64,000 nt of DNA from positions 433,992-497,991 of the forward strand of contig JBBCGK010000001.1 of assembly GCA_037200965.1 (NCBI GenBank), written 5' to 3'. The notes beneath the pieces were generated by a model that saw nothing but the letters and a program-made list of their open reading frames with translations, was not told the DNA's origin and did not search any database. This document shows, piece after piece, positions 48,435-57,538 of this stretch. How positions within the stretch are numbered: the first letter of the stretch is position 1; each line of letters starts with the position of its first letter. The stretch comes from a bacterium (GTDB taxonomy: Bacteria > Patescibacteriota > Minisyncoccia > Phycocordibacterales > Phycocordibacteraceae). A program made the position numbers and the translations under genes.

Positions 48435-49601
48435 TTGGAAAAGAACGATTTTAGCGCGATACGAAGCGGTACCTACGGGCCCGAACATGCCGCAGCGCAT
48501 CCCGATGGGGGAAGCGTATGGCTGCGTCCGGCCGGGGTCGGGGATATTCCGTTTGTGCATAGCCTGACCGTCTCGGACATCTCCGCCGAAACGGCACCGG
48601 AGGAGGTTATTCGGGCTGTTCACGCCCGCAATCCCGATGCCCTGTGGCTTATCGAGCGCCAAAGAGGCGGGGAGCCACCGGCCCCTATCGGCTATTTCGG
48701 CTTCCTGCCGCTCACCGATCCCGGTCTCGACGCGCTCAAGGAAGGCGCGCTCGACCGCAAGAGCCCGCCGCTTGAGCTTGTGGCCGAGGGCGGCACGCGT
48801 CCGGCGGCGGTGTACGTGTGGGGCGTCGTGGCGCATCGCCTAGTGCGGGTCACCGCGCCGCTCCTCACCCTCGCGCTTTCGCCTTACATCGACGTTCCCT
48901 TCTACACCGTCTCCCAGACCGAAGAGGGGCTGCGCTCGGCCCGTAGGCGCGGCTTCGTGCCGGTCGATGCGCGGATCGGCGACCGGGGCGGGCTCGTGCT
49001 GCTGCCGCTTGGCAGCCTTCTTGCGCCGCCGCCAAGCAAAGTCGCGCAGCTCGACGTGATCGTGGCCTCGAACGCCGAGCACCTCATGATGTGCGCCTAT
49101 GTTCGCGGCGTGGTGTTCGGCGCGGAGCAGCTCGCCCCCTACCGCGAGGAATTCGACGGCAACGACTTCTGCGGCATCCAGCTTCTGGGGTTCGTGAACA
49201 ACGAGCCTGCGGCAGTGCTTCGCATCCGTCACTTCGCGTCATTCGCGAAATTCGAGCGGTATGCCGTGCTCGAGCGCTTCCGCAAAACGCGGATCAAGTA
49301 CGAAATCCTGGAGTTCGGAATCGAGCTGTGCCGCCGCAAGGGATACACGAAGCTCTACGCGCACTCGCAGGTGCGCCTCGTCCGCTTCTATGAGCGGTTC
49401 GGCTTTCGTCTGTGCGCCGCGCAGCGTCCGCTCGTCTTCGCGGATCACGAATACGTCGAGATCGAAGCCGACCTCGCGCCGCATCCCGAGGCGATCACGA
49501 CCGCCACCGATCCCTACGTGATCATCCGACCCGAAGGGGCGTGGGACAGGCGCGGCGTTCTTGACCAGTCAGCGGCACGGCCCGCGACTAATCCCGTCTA
49601 G
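48435..49601 (+). CDS. GNAT-family N-acetyltransferase (two-domain)
   Basis: C-terminal LERFRKTRIKYEILEFGIELCRRKGYTKLYAHSQVRLVRFYERFGF is the GNAT acetyl-CoA-binding core. Confidence 0.7.
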   Translation: MEKNDFSAIRSGTYGPEHAAAHPDGGSVWLRPAGVGDIPFVHSLTVSDISAETAPEEVIRAVHARNPDALWLIERQRGGEPPAPIGYFGFLPLTDPGLDALKEGALDRKSPPLELVAEGGTRPAAVYVWGVVAHRLVRVTAPLLTLALSPYIDVPFYTVSQTEEGLRSARRRGFVPVDARIGDRGGLVLLPLGSLLAPPPSKVAQLDVIVASNAEHLMMCAYVRGVVFGAEQLAPYREEFDGNDFCGIQLLGFVNNEPAAVLRIRHFASFAKFERYAVLERFRKTRIKYEILEFGIELCRRKGYTKLYAHSQVRLVRFYERFGFRLCAAQRPLVFADHEYVEIEADLAPHPEAITTATDPYVIIRPEGAWDRRGVLDQSAARPATNPV

Positions 49602-49603
49602 GA

Positions 49604-49840
49604 GTGCTCGACATGGCCGGAACGCTCGATTGCTTTGTCCGCCTTGTTGAACTCGACACCTGCGTGCGTGAGTTGGCACAGCGCAAGCGCGCGAATAATA
49701 GGATCAGCATATCCGATCTTGATGACGTTCTCCTGGCGCTTGCTGAAGCTCGGGAAACGATCCAGGACGACGCGTATGACGAGATGGCGAGGCGGCGAGC
49801 GATAACAACGGCGGACATAATGCAGTTCGCAAAAGATTAG
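49604..49840 (+). CDS. Hypothetical small protein
   Basis: 78-aa ORF starting 2 nt after the GNAT stop. No motif recognised. Confidence 0.35.
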   Translation: MLDMAGTLDCFVRLVELDTCVRELAQRKRANNRISISDLDDVLLALAEARETIQDDAYDEMARRRAITTADIMQFAKD

Positions 49841-50107
49841 CGAAAGCGCGCGGCTCTATTCAAAACGCGGCCTACGACAAGTTCGCAACTATTCGTCCGA
49901 CAACACTCGCCCGATAACGGATCATTCGGCAACCAGAGGATAATGAGTATATCGCGGGAGCGAAGCATAGGAGACGATGCAGTGCATAGTCCGTCATAAA
50001 TTCAACGGCGGCATCCTGATGGTAGCTGTATAACAGCGTGGTGCCGGAACTTCCCCTTGTAGCCAATACCGGGCTTCGTTACAAAGCTTCAAGGGGAGGC
50101 TATATGC

Positions 50108-51743
50108 ATGCTTAATCACACCTTTGGAGTGATCTCGCTGGGTCGTTTCCTCACTGCTATACGTCCTGCGCGTTATGCGGTCCGCTCTGCCAATCGAACA
50201 CGCTTCGGCCAAGGGCTGGTCTCGGTCCGCACCCTAGTCGTCGCTGCGTGCGTTGCAATGAGTTGGCTAGCCGCATTGCCGCAAGCCGCCATCGCGAGCA
50301 GCGTCTTGATGAGCGTGCCAGGCGAAAGCGACGTAAACTCGGCGGGTGCCTTCACATATTCACTTCCTATTGCAGTTCCGCCCGGGACTGCCCGCATCGT
50401 ACCGCGACTGTCGCTTGATTATTCCAGTCAAAGCGGCAATGGCCTCCAAGGCCTCGGCTGGTCGCTTTCCGGATTGCCGGCAATAGGAAGATGCGCGCGC
50501 ACGGTGGCGCAAGACGGCGTGCATGGCAGTGTCAATTACGACGGCAGCGACAAATTCTGCTTGGAAGGCCAGCGCCTAGTCGCCCTAAGCGGCGTCTATG
50601 GCGCGAACAATACGGAATATCGTACCGAAATAGAGAGTTTCACCAAAATTATTTCATACGGAACGGCGGGTAACGGGCCAGCCTCGTTCAAAGCGTGGAC
50701 CAAGTCCGGTCAAATCCTGGAATTCGGAAACACGGCGGATTCCCGTATCGAAGCGGTCGGCAAGACAACGGTGCGCGCGTGGGCCGTCAATAAGGTTTCC
50801 GATGCCAAAGGAAACTACGTCACGGTCGAATACACCGACGACCAAACTAACGGAGAGGCGTATCCGGTTCGGATTGATTATACCGGCAATCCCAACGCAA
50901 CGCCGGTGGTTATGCCGTACAATTCCGTGCAGTTCACATACACAACGCGCGCAGATATCACGATTGCCTATCAGGCCGGTTCGCAGCAGAAGATCACAAA
51001 ACTTCTCACCAATATTAAGACTTATCAAGCCGCGAATTTGGTTTCCGACTATCGCCTTGCCTATCAAGCCGGCTCATCGCTCGCACATTCGCGTCTAACG
51101 TCCATCACGTTATGTGATGGGTCGGGTACGCCGGTATGCCTTGCCCCCACGACCTTTGGCTGGCAGGGTGGCAGCGGTAGCCTGCCGACAATGACCGGGA
51201 CCGCATCCACTATCATTCCGACGCAAAGCGGTGATTTCAACGTTGACGGATTAACAGACCCCTTTGTCAAAGCCCCGTATTTTGGAACTCAGAGCGGAAC
51301 GTTCGTCGCGAGCGGCATGACTATAAGCTATACCGACCCCATATCGGGATTGCCGTGGTCGGGTCTAACGGCTTTCCCCAACACAATGGTCGGGTTTGTA
51401 TTGGGTGATACCGACGGAGACGGGTATAGCGACGTCACCGCGATGCGGGGTATCGCACATGGCGCTTATGCCAGGTTGGTGGTTACGCGCAACGACCAGC
51501 TCGGAAATCTTGGTCAGATCGGCCTGATCGATCCGCTGCATGCTGGCGCCATATTCAGCGGCGACTTCAATGGAGACGCGCGCACGGACGTTTTCGTGAC
51601 GGGTGTAGCTTCTTATAACAGTACGACGTATCTGAGCCTGGGGACCGGATCGTTCACCGCCATCAACATGAGTTCGGTATATGAACCCATCACGACCGCC
51701 GATTTTGATGGTGACGGATGCACCGATTTCTTGGGATCGACTA
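50108..51743 (+). pseudogene. SpvB/TcdB-type toxin-complex protein, N-terminal part with FG-GAP/VCBS repeats (3'-truncated at R3)
   Basis: AGAFTYSLPIAVPPGTARIVPRLSLDYSSQSGNGLQGLGWSLSGLPAIGRC is the SpvB N-terminal signature. Later GDFNVDGLTD, GDTDGDGYSD, GDFNGDARTD and ADFDGDGCTDF are FG-GAP/VCBS repeats. The protein sense ends at the repeat, and the track ORF beyond 51743 is read-through into unrelated DNA. Confidence 0.75.
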
Positions 51744-51779
51744 GTTGCACAACCTCCTTTTTACGAACGATCCTGCAGG
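51744..51779 (+). repeat. Array repeat R3
   Basis: Exact 36-mer. Confidence 0.98.
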
Positions 51780-51793
51780 TTTCCGTTAATCTT

Positions 51794-53134
51794 CTAAGTC
51801 TCTTGTTGAGACGCAACACAGCCCCACGCCGCTTTTACCGAGTCATAGATAAAGCCTACCGTCAGAACCTTGGATATAACCGTCGTGGTTGGCAACGCCG
51901 TGCCTTCTGCCACGAACGACGCCCCCCAGGTAATCGCCCGGGCCGTACCGTCGTCTTTGATCCTGAAGATGAGCGTCTGGAAGTTCGTGGGTGTACCGGA
52001 GAGATTTGTCGTCATCGACGTGATCGCGGTCGCAAGAGCAGTAATCGTCACGGCGTCGCACCCATCGCTATTCACTGTAGGGGTTGCCGAAGAAACAATC
52101 GTCGTTATGCGTGGAGTATTTCTCTTATTTGCAAGAGTCTGTGTACCATTGTTAGTCACGACACTGTCAGCGTTTGTGCCTGCAACCGAGATTCTCAAAT
52201 CTCCTGTTCCAACGGTAAGCACTCCTGAGGTGTGCGTTGCAACCCAGTTACCGTTACTAATGTTCCAGGTAAAACCAGTAGCACTAAAGAGATCGGCCCA
52301 TCCAAGCGCGGTCGTCCCAAGAGCGGCAATATCATTCGTGACCGGGGAAAGAGCGGAGGAGGTAAGTTGTATCGTTCCTGTTCCGTTGATAGCCAGACCA
52401 AGCGTATTGGTTGTAGGAAGGTAGAGGCGATTACCGGTAGCAGTTGAAGAGGTAGGAGCAAAGCCAGCCGCAGTTGCCAGCGATGCCAACGTCAAAGCTC
52501 CGGCGTCGGTCAAGGTTGCATTGGTGGATGTTGCTTGTGCGCCGCGCGAAGTACCATCGGACCGAAGTATAGATTCATCTGTGGCAAAAGTGGCGGCAGC
52601 GGTGACTACATTACTCGGTATATCGCTTGTAAGAGCGACGGTACCCGTGGACGCCGGAAGGGTAATGGTGTTAGTTCCAGCGATTGCCGTAGGGACGAGG
52701 GCGATGGTACCGGAAGTTGAACCCGAGAAGGTTACACCCTGGGTACCGGAAATGATGCCAGTGGTGTCAGCAATAAGCACTGCCGAGTTCTGGATCAGCT
52801 TACCAGTGGTAGTGTCGAAGCGGGCCACGGCGTTATCAGTTGCTGAAGCCGGGCCTACAACATAGGTAGCAAGGGAAGCAGTCGTAGGAATAACATAGCC
52901 GCTTTGGAGCGCTATAGCGATCGTTCCGGAAGTAGTGATCGGTACGCCGGATACCGTAAGTCCTGTCGGTACCGTAGCGTCAACGGATGTAACCGTACCT
53001 CCTCCTCCGGGGAGGTCTATAAGAAGCCTGTGCGTCGTCGGGTCTGCATATAGACGCACAGGCGTCTTGCCGTCAGCGCTTGAAGCTGCTATCAGCGTTG
53101 GAACATCGTTCTGGTCTCGGTAAGCATCAGCCAT
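51794..53134 (-). CDS. Phage tail-fibre-like protein
   Basis: 446 aa, Thr/Gly/Ala/Ser-rich beta-repeat sequence with AVARFDTTTGKLIQNSAVLIAD and similar segments typical of phage fibres. Its stop is 14 nt from R3. Confidence 0.6.
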   Translation of the reverse strand: MADAYRDQNDVPTLIAASSADGKTPVRLYADPTTHRLLIDLPGGGGTVTSVDATVPTGLTVSGVPITTSGTIAIALQSGYVIPTTASLATYVVGPASATDNAVARFDTTTGKLIQNSAVLIADTTGIISGTQGVTFSGSTSGTIALVPTAIAGTNTITLPASTGTVALTSDIPSNVVTAAATFATDESILRSDGTSRGAQATSTNATLTDAGALTLASLATAAGFAPTSSTATGNRLYLPTTNTLGLAINGTGTIQLTSSALSPVTNDIAALGTTALGWADLFSATGFTWNISNGNWVATHTSGVLTVGTGDLRISVAGTNADSVVTNNGTQTLANKRNTPRITTIVSSATPTVNSDGCDAVTITALATAITSMTTNLSGTPTNFQTLIFRIKDDGTARAITWGASFVAEGTALPTTTVISKVLTVGFIYDSVKAAWGCVASQQET

Positions 53135-53136
53135 AA

Positions 53137-53327
53137 TCAGGTACTTTGTACGAGTAATTCCCCGGCACTATTGGCGTAGAGCACCACAGGCGTCTTGCCG
53201 TCAGCGCTTGAGACAGCCATGAGTGCAGGAACAAAGTTTGCGTCCCGCAGATCGTCTACCGGCCCAAAGTCCGACCCGGTAGTGTCGTCGTCCGCCATAA
53301 GCGCATGTGTTGAAGGGTCAGCAACGA
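53137..53327 (-). pseudogene. 3' fragment of a second tail-fibre-related gene (5'-truncated at R4)
   Basis: ...ADPSTHALMADDD...LMAVSSADGKTPVVLYANSAGELLV parallels the N-terminus of the downstream fibre protein (LIAASSADGKTPVRLYADPTTHRLL). The frame is open into R4, and the apparent GTG start lies inside the repeat. Confidence 0.55.
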
Positions 53328-53363
53328 GTTGCACAACCTCCTTTTTACGAACGATCCTGCAGG
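53328..53363 (+). repeat. Array repeat R4
   Basis: Exact 36-mer. Confidence 0.98.
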
Positions 53364-53460
53364 AGTATGAGTACTGATACCGTCCAATCTGCCATTGAAT
53401 ATGCGCGACACTCGCCGTCGTGACGACGTTGAGTTAAGTCAATGGCGATTTATGTTACTG

Positions 53461-53982
53461 TCACCGGACCGGCACGAACCCTTCGGGAAGAAACTGCGTC
53501 GGGTCCTTCCACGGTTCAATAGCAACTGCTTTGGGGTATTTGCTTATCATGTAAGCATCGGTGCAATACACCAAACTTTCGGGATCATCGTCCGAAGGCT
53601 CAAGGCCTGAAAATTCAACCATCACAGATTTCTGGTTGGTAATTTTTCCAAAGGTGTCAATGAACCGCTTGATTTTGTCAAACTCACGCACAAAATCGTC
53701 GGGCTCAAATAGATAGGAATACACTACTACTGTATTCTCGCCGACGATCCGTTCGGAACCGTCCTCATTTTTCACGCGGAAACGCCCAGCGGCGAGCGGC
53801 AATTGGGTTACACCGCCATTGATCCGCACCATAATTTCCATGGCGCTATCGACCCATTTGTCAAAATTTTCAACAGGCTTCTGATCGCGATCTTGGTTAG
53901 GCAAATAAACTGCAAACCGTTGTACCGATTCAGATGTATCGGCACCTAGCGCGGTCTTGAGGTCAAAATCTACGAGCGCCAT
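53461..53982 (-). CDS. Hypothetical protein
   Basis: 173-aa ORF with normal composition. No motif recognised. Confidence 0.5.
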   Translation of the reverse strand: MALVDFDLKTALGADTSESVQRFAVYLPNQDRDQKPVENFDKWVDSAMEIMVRINGGVTQLPLAAGRFRVKNEDGSERIVGENTVVVYSYLFEPDDFVREFDKIKRFIDTFGKITNQKSVMVEFSGLEPSDDDPESLVYCTDAYMISKYPKAVAIEPWKDPTQFLPEGFVPVR

Positions 53983-54068
53983 GATCGCTTCCTATTAGCC
54001 ATCAATGAAAAGGCCCCATAGCCGGGGCCTTAAAGTAGGCAAAATGCCAAATTGCAACGCTGATGCCG

Positions 54069-54738
54069 CTACCGCGGTCTTGAAGGTCTCCGAATTCCGA
54101 GCACCGTTTTAGGGTCCCGCTTGATCTTTAGAAACCGTCCAAATCCCGAACGAGCGTCTTCAGGTTTCTCCGCTTGTTGGGAAGCTGAACGAATCGCTGT
54201 CACTATCTCGTTAGCAGCTTCTGATATGGGCGGCAAATTTTGCCGGTTATAGTCGCCTGGCGGGATTCCCGCGTGCTTCTTTTTCATATGATTTTCTCCT
54301 GTTTCTTCACAGGGTTGCGACCCATCGGTCTCAGCCCCGTGTTGATCGGGAGAAAGCCCTTCAAGAATCGGGCCGCGTACGTCGGTTTCCCAGGTTAAGG
54401 CTTCGACGCGAATATCCTGGCCACGGTCCGTCCTTATGCTTTCGCGATGGGGACCATACCCACATAGTACCACAGCGGCATGCGTAGTCGCGCCCGAAAT
54501 CTCGTGGACTATATCCGCAGCAGCGCCAATACCAGCGCCCGTTACTATCAAGTCATAGACCATCAAGATGCGATCACCGGAAAGCGGTTTGTCTGCCGTT
54601 ATTGCTACGCCCTTCGCCCAACGCGTCTCGCGATAGATGCAGGCGGGCAATCCGGTTTCGGCGACGAGGGACGAGAGCATCGAAATCGCGCCGACCGGCC
54701 CCATCTCTTTTTCGATAAAGCACAATCGCGTAATGCCG
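54069..54738 (-). pseudogene. Phosphoribosyltransferase-domain protein (probably 5'-truncated at R5)
   Basis: GDRILMVYDLIVTGAGIGAAA is the PRPP-binding loop of type I PRTases. The frame is open back into R5, with only a TTG start at 54725. The usual 40 or so N-terminal residues of the PRT fold appear to be missing. Confidence 0.55.
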
Positions 54739-54774
54739 GTTGCACAACCTCCTTTTTACGAACGATCCTGCAGG
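54739..54774 (+). repeat. Array repeat R5
   Basis: Exact 36-mer. Confidence 0.98.
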
Positions 54775-55372
54775 AAACCATGAGAGAACCCGAGTTGATC
54801 TCGGTGGCCACGATCTTCAAAGGCGACAACTCGTTAAATTCCTCATAGTTCAGGTCAGCGAACCGAATTCGATCAGGCACTCCATCGTGATCACGACCAT
54901 TTGCGGCATATAATTCCCGCATACGTTCTCGAAGAACTGTGTTGATGAATTCACGAATGGGCGTTGTGGTGAAAAAGCCTAAGTGCCGCCATATGCGCAG
55001 CATTCCAAACGTAACTAGGGGAGCTGTTAAAAAAGACAATAATACACCCCCCAACGCCGTAGCGGACAATGCCCATCGAAGTCCCTGGCGGAGGCGAACA
55101 AATCTACGCCAATCATCAGCCCCCAATAACGTTACGGGGGTCAAGTTATGTAGGCTGAGAATATTTTGATCCCTAATGTCGGGATTCATCAAAGTCGAAG
55201 CACTGTATCCCGCCGCGACTAGCGTTGCCACGATCGCGCCAGCTGACGCCCCGGCTACACCTACGAAGGCGAGCCCATTCTTCGCGGCACCCTCCAAAGC
55301 ACCAATATGCGCTATGCCCTTAGCACCGCCACCTTCGAATATGCCAAAGGCTGGCCTCTTAGCGTCCATCAC
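54775..55372 (-). pseudogene. Patatin-like phospholipase, N-terminal part (3'-truncated at R5)
   Basis: FEGGGAKGIAHIGAL (oxyanion GGGxxG) and GASAGAIVA (GxSxG nucleophile). The catalytic Asp (DGG/DGA) region is absent because the sequence runs into R5. The track ORF 54605-55372 continues as unrelated read-through. Confidence 0.75.
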
Positions 55373-55505
55373 TGTATGTATCCTTTCGCAAATCAGGTCG
55401 GGGCCTGCACAAACGACAGAACATCGGACAGGCTGGTGAAATAATGAGATACCAGCCTTCGCACATTGCTGTTCCGCATACAGATACAGCAGTTGCTAGT
55501 TCAAA

Positions 55506-57077
55506 TCAGTTCAGTTGCTCCCGCACCAACGAAAGATCGTTGAACAACGTTCTCGTAAGATTCGGGATTTTTTCCAGTTTGTCTGCTTGTATTAACTTCG
55601 CCATAAAACGAATGCTTCCCTCCACTCGCTCGTCATAGAATATTTCGTGCAGAAACTTCCGCCCCTGCCGCAAATCCGTAGCATCAAACAGAAATTCCAG
55701 CTTGGCTTCGTTATCGACCATAGCAACTGCACGCCAAAAGAATCGAGGAAAATTCGCTGTCAGGAGGCTCTTGCGGACTATCTTGCTTAGGGAGGAGCGC
55801 GAAACAATCTCGCGTTTCAGATCGCTTGGGCCATTCAAAAATATGTCCCACTCGAAACGAGCCATATCACTATTGCTCGATAATTTTTTAAGCATCTCTA
55901 AAATATGATCAAATGCCAGGATAGCATCGTACACGTCGTCAAATCGGACGCGAATTTTGCTATAGAGCGGCACGAGACACAAATCCGCGCGAGCACGGGT
56001 TATCTTCGTCCCACGCTTTCGAGACCAAGTTGTCGTTATGATGTTAGATGGGCCGCTCAGCTTGATCTCAGAGTATGGGCCGATGCCGTCGTCATGCGCA
56101 TACAGTTTGGTTATGCGCGTCGCCCGTAGAAGAAAACCCGTGCGAGGTTCGGGTACTATGGGACCAGTTGTGGGCCCAAGGCCGCTGAGTGCGACCGCGT
56201 GAAATGCTCGTTTGCTTTTCTTGGAGCGTTCTAAGTTGAAGTCAAAACTCAGAATGATCGGAATATTGCCCCTCAAGAATGCATTTGCTGCGGCTTGGAT
56301 ATTGGCTCGCTCGGGCGTCATAAACAAATCCGCTTCGAGACCGACATTGCGCAAAACGCCAGCCATTTGATCGATATCCAAGCCGTCGTTCGGGAGAGCT
56401 AGGCCAGCTGTTGGCAGCGAAGCAAACGCTCGTTTGGTTATTTCAATAGGTGATAAGATTGGATTGTCATACAAATTCGCCGTGCCATGCAGTGTAGTCC
56501 ACAGAGCGCTGGTAGCGCATGCGCCAACCTCTCGGTCTTGTTCTTGAAAAGGCAGCGCACGTACAGGCAGATCTATGCCGAAAAGATTTGGTACATATCC
56601 GCGCTCAGTGAGGAAGCGACTCGATGGATTACTCCCAACCGGCGCCAAACACGTTCGCCCAATGATGGTTTCGGGAAGAGGTTTGACAACTACAAAGCCG
56701 TGATATCCCAAGACGTCGAACCTACACTCACCGCGGCCCGAAACGAAAAGCGCTTCGACCATATCTTTATCGAACGGTTGCCGAAAAAAGTGAATTCGTG
56801 AACATTCTTTCGGATAGTTCGCGTGGCATCTCGCGTAGTATCCTGTATGATCTTCGGCGAAATGCTTGTCGATGTAGTCGCGCTCAAATACAAGAGTTTC
56901 GATTTTCGCGGCTTCACAGTAACGAGCTAGAAAAATGACCTGGGGCTTTTGTGCAATTTGCTCCAGTCTAGGTTTAAATGCTCCGGCAACAAAAAGCGCT
57001 ACCAAGTTCTCTCGATTGTACTTGAGTACTTGGTAGCGCTCGCCCATGTGATCTAACTGAATATCCGCGTACGTCAC
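55506..57077 (-). CDS. Hypothetical protein with a putative papain-like cysteine peptidase core
   Basis: 523 aa. QEQDREVGACATSALWTTL (Gln...Cys), RAFHAVALSGL (His) and YAHDDGIG (Asp) occur in the order expected for a papain-fold / C39-like peptidase. The assignment is by motif pattern only. Confidence 0.5.
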   Translation of the reverse strand: MTYADIQLDHMGERYQVLKYNRENLVALFVAGAFKPRLEQIAQKPQVIFLARYCEAAKIETLVFERDYIDKHFAEDHTGYYARCHANYPKECSRIHFFRQPFDKDMVEALFVSGRGECRFDVLGYHGFVVVKPLPETIIGRTCLAPVGSNPSSRFLTERGYVPNLFGIDLPVRALPFQEQDREVGACATSALWTTLHGTANLYDNPILSPIEITKRAFASLPTAGLALPNDGLDIDQMAGVLRNVGLEADLFMTPERANIQAAANAFLRGNIPIILSFDFNLERSKKSKRAFHAVALSGLGPTTGPIVPEPRTGFLLRATRITKLYAHDDGIGPYSEIKLSGPSNIITTTWSRKRGTKITRARADLCLVPLYSKIRVRFDDVYDAILAFDHILEMLKKLSSNSDMARFEWDIFLNGPSDLKREIVSRSSLSKIVRKSLLTANFPRFFWRAVAMVDNEAKLEFLFDATDLRQGRKFLHEIFYDERVEGSIRFMAKLIQADKLEKIPNLTRTLFNDLSLVREQLN

Positions 57078-57538
57078 ACTGTGAACGGGATACGCCGACG
57101 GTCAGGAGAAATCTGGTTGGCTTGTTCTCGACTTTCAATTGCCTTGAGCATTGGCGAAAGACGCTTAGCGACTTGCGCAGTAAGATCAGTTCTGGAGGCC
57201 GTCGCCTTGGACTTGGGCCGTGCAGAACTCTTCGTCTTTTTGTGACGCATAGCGCAACCTCCAATTTCGGTGAGCAGGATGTTGCCCTCAGTTCCAGCCC
57301 GGCGGGTATAAACTCCAACACGGGGATCAAAATCAAGCTCATGGACTTGACTTCCTGGAACGGGGCCGCCTAGGGCTCCCCTGTAACGAATCAGCCCTGT
57401 TCTTAACGTACCACGAGCGCCTTCGTATCCCCAATATTTTGTATGTGGATAATCCACCAACACAAGTTCTTTGAATGGTGAGGCTGGCCGTTGCCTTTCC
57501 TCAGTGGCGTCGCCGTCCGTTGACCCAATCGCCTGCAT
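57074..57538 (-). CDS. Hypothetical protein (first gene of the S5 operon)
   Basis: 154-aa ORF overlapping the next gene's start by 4 nt. It has a basic C-terminal half and no recognised motif. Confidence 0.45.
   Translation of the reverse strand: MQAIGSTDGDATEERQRPASPFKELVLVDYPHTKYWGYEGARGTLRTGLIRYRGALGGPVPGSQVHELDFDPRVGVYTRRAGTEGNILLTEIGGCAMRHKKTKSSARPKSKATASRTDLTAQVAKRLSPMLKAIESREQANQISPDRRRIPFTV

Larger units (their letters stand above)
40811..51743. other. Insert S2 (10933 bp): GC-rich fragment of a proteobacterial-style mobile element or genomic island
   Basis: Bounded by R2 and R3. It begins inside a serine recombinase gene and ends inside an SpvB/Tc-toxin-like gene. Its regulators are of LysR and XRE type. 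Confidence 0.8.
51780..53327. other. Insert S3 (1548 bp): phage tail-fibre gene fragment
   Basis: Bounded by R3 and R4. It holds one complete and one 5'-truncated tail-fibre-like ORF on the minus strand. Confidence 0.75.
53364..54738. other. Insert S4 (1375 bp): unknown gene + truncated PRTase-domain gene
   Basis: Bounded by R4 and R5. The upstream minus-strand ORF stays open into R5. Confidence 0.75.

Noticed and set aside
50108-52228. 706-aa track ORF spanning R3
   Set aside because: Only 50108-51743 has protein sense (SpvB/FG-GAP). After the repeat the frame runs antisense through the tail-fibre gene with low-complexity Arg/Cys-rich sequence, which is read-through.
54605-55372. 255-aa track ORF spanning R5
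   Set aside because: The patatin sense stops at the repeat (54775). The remainder (54605-54738) overlaps the PRTase gene in another frame.
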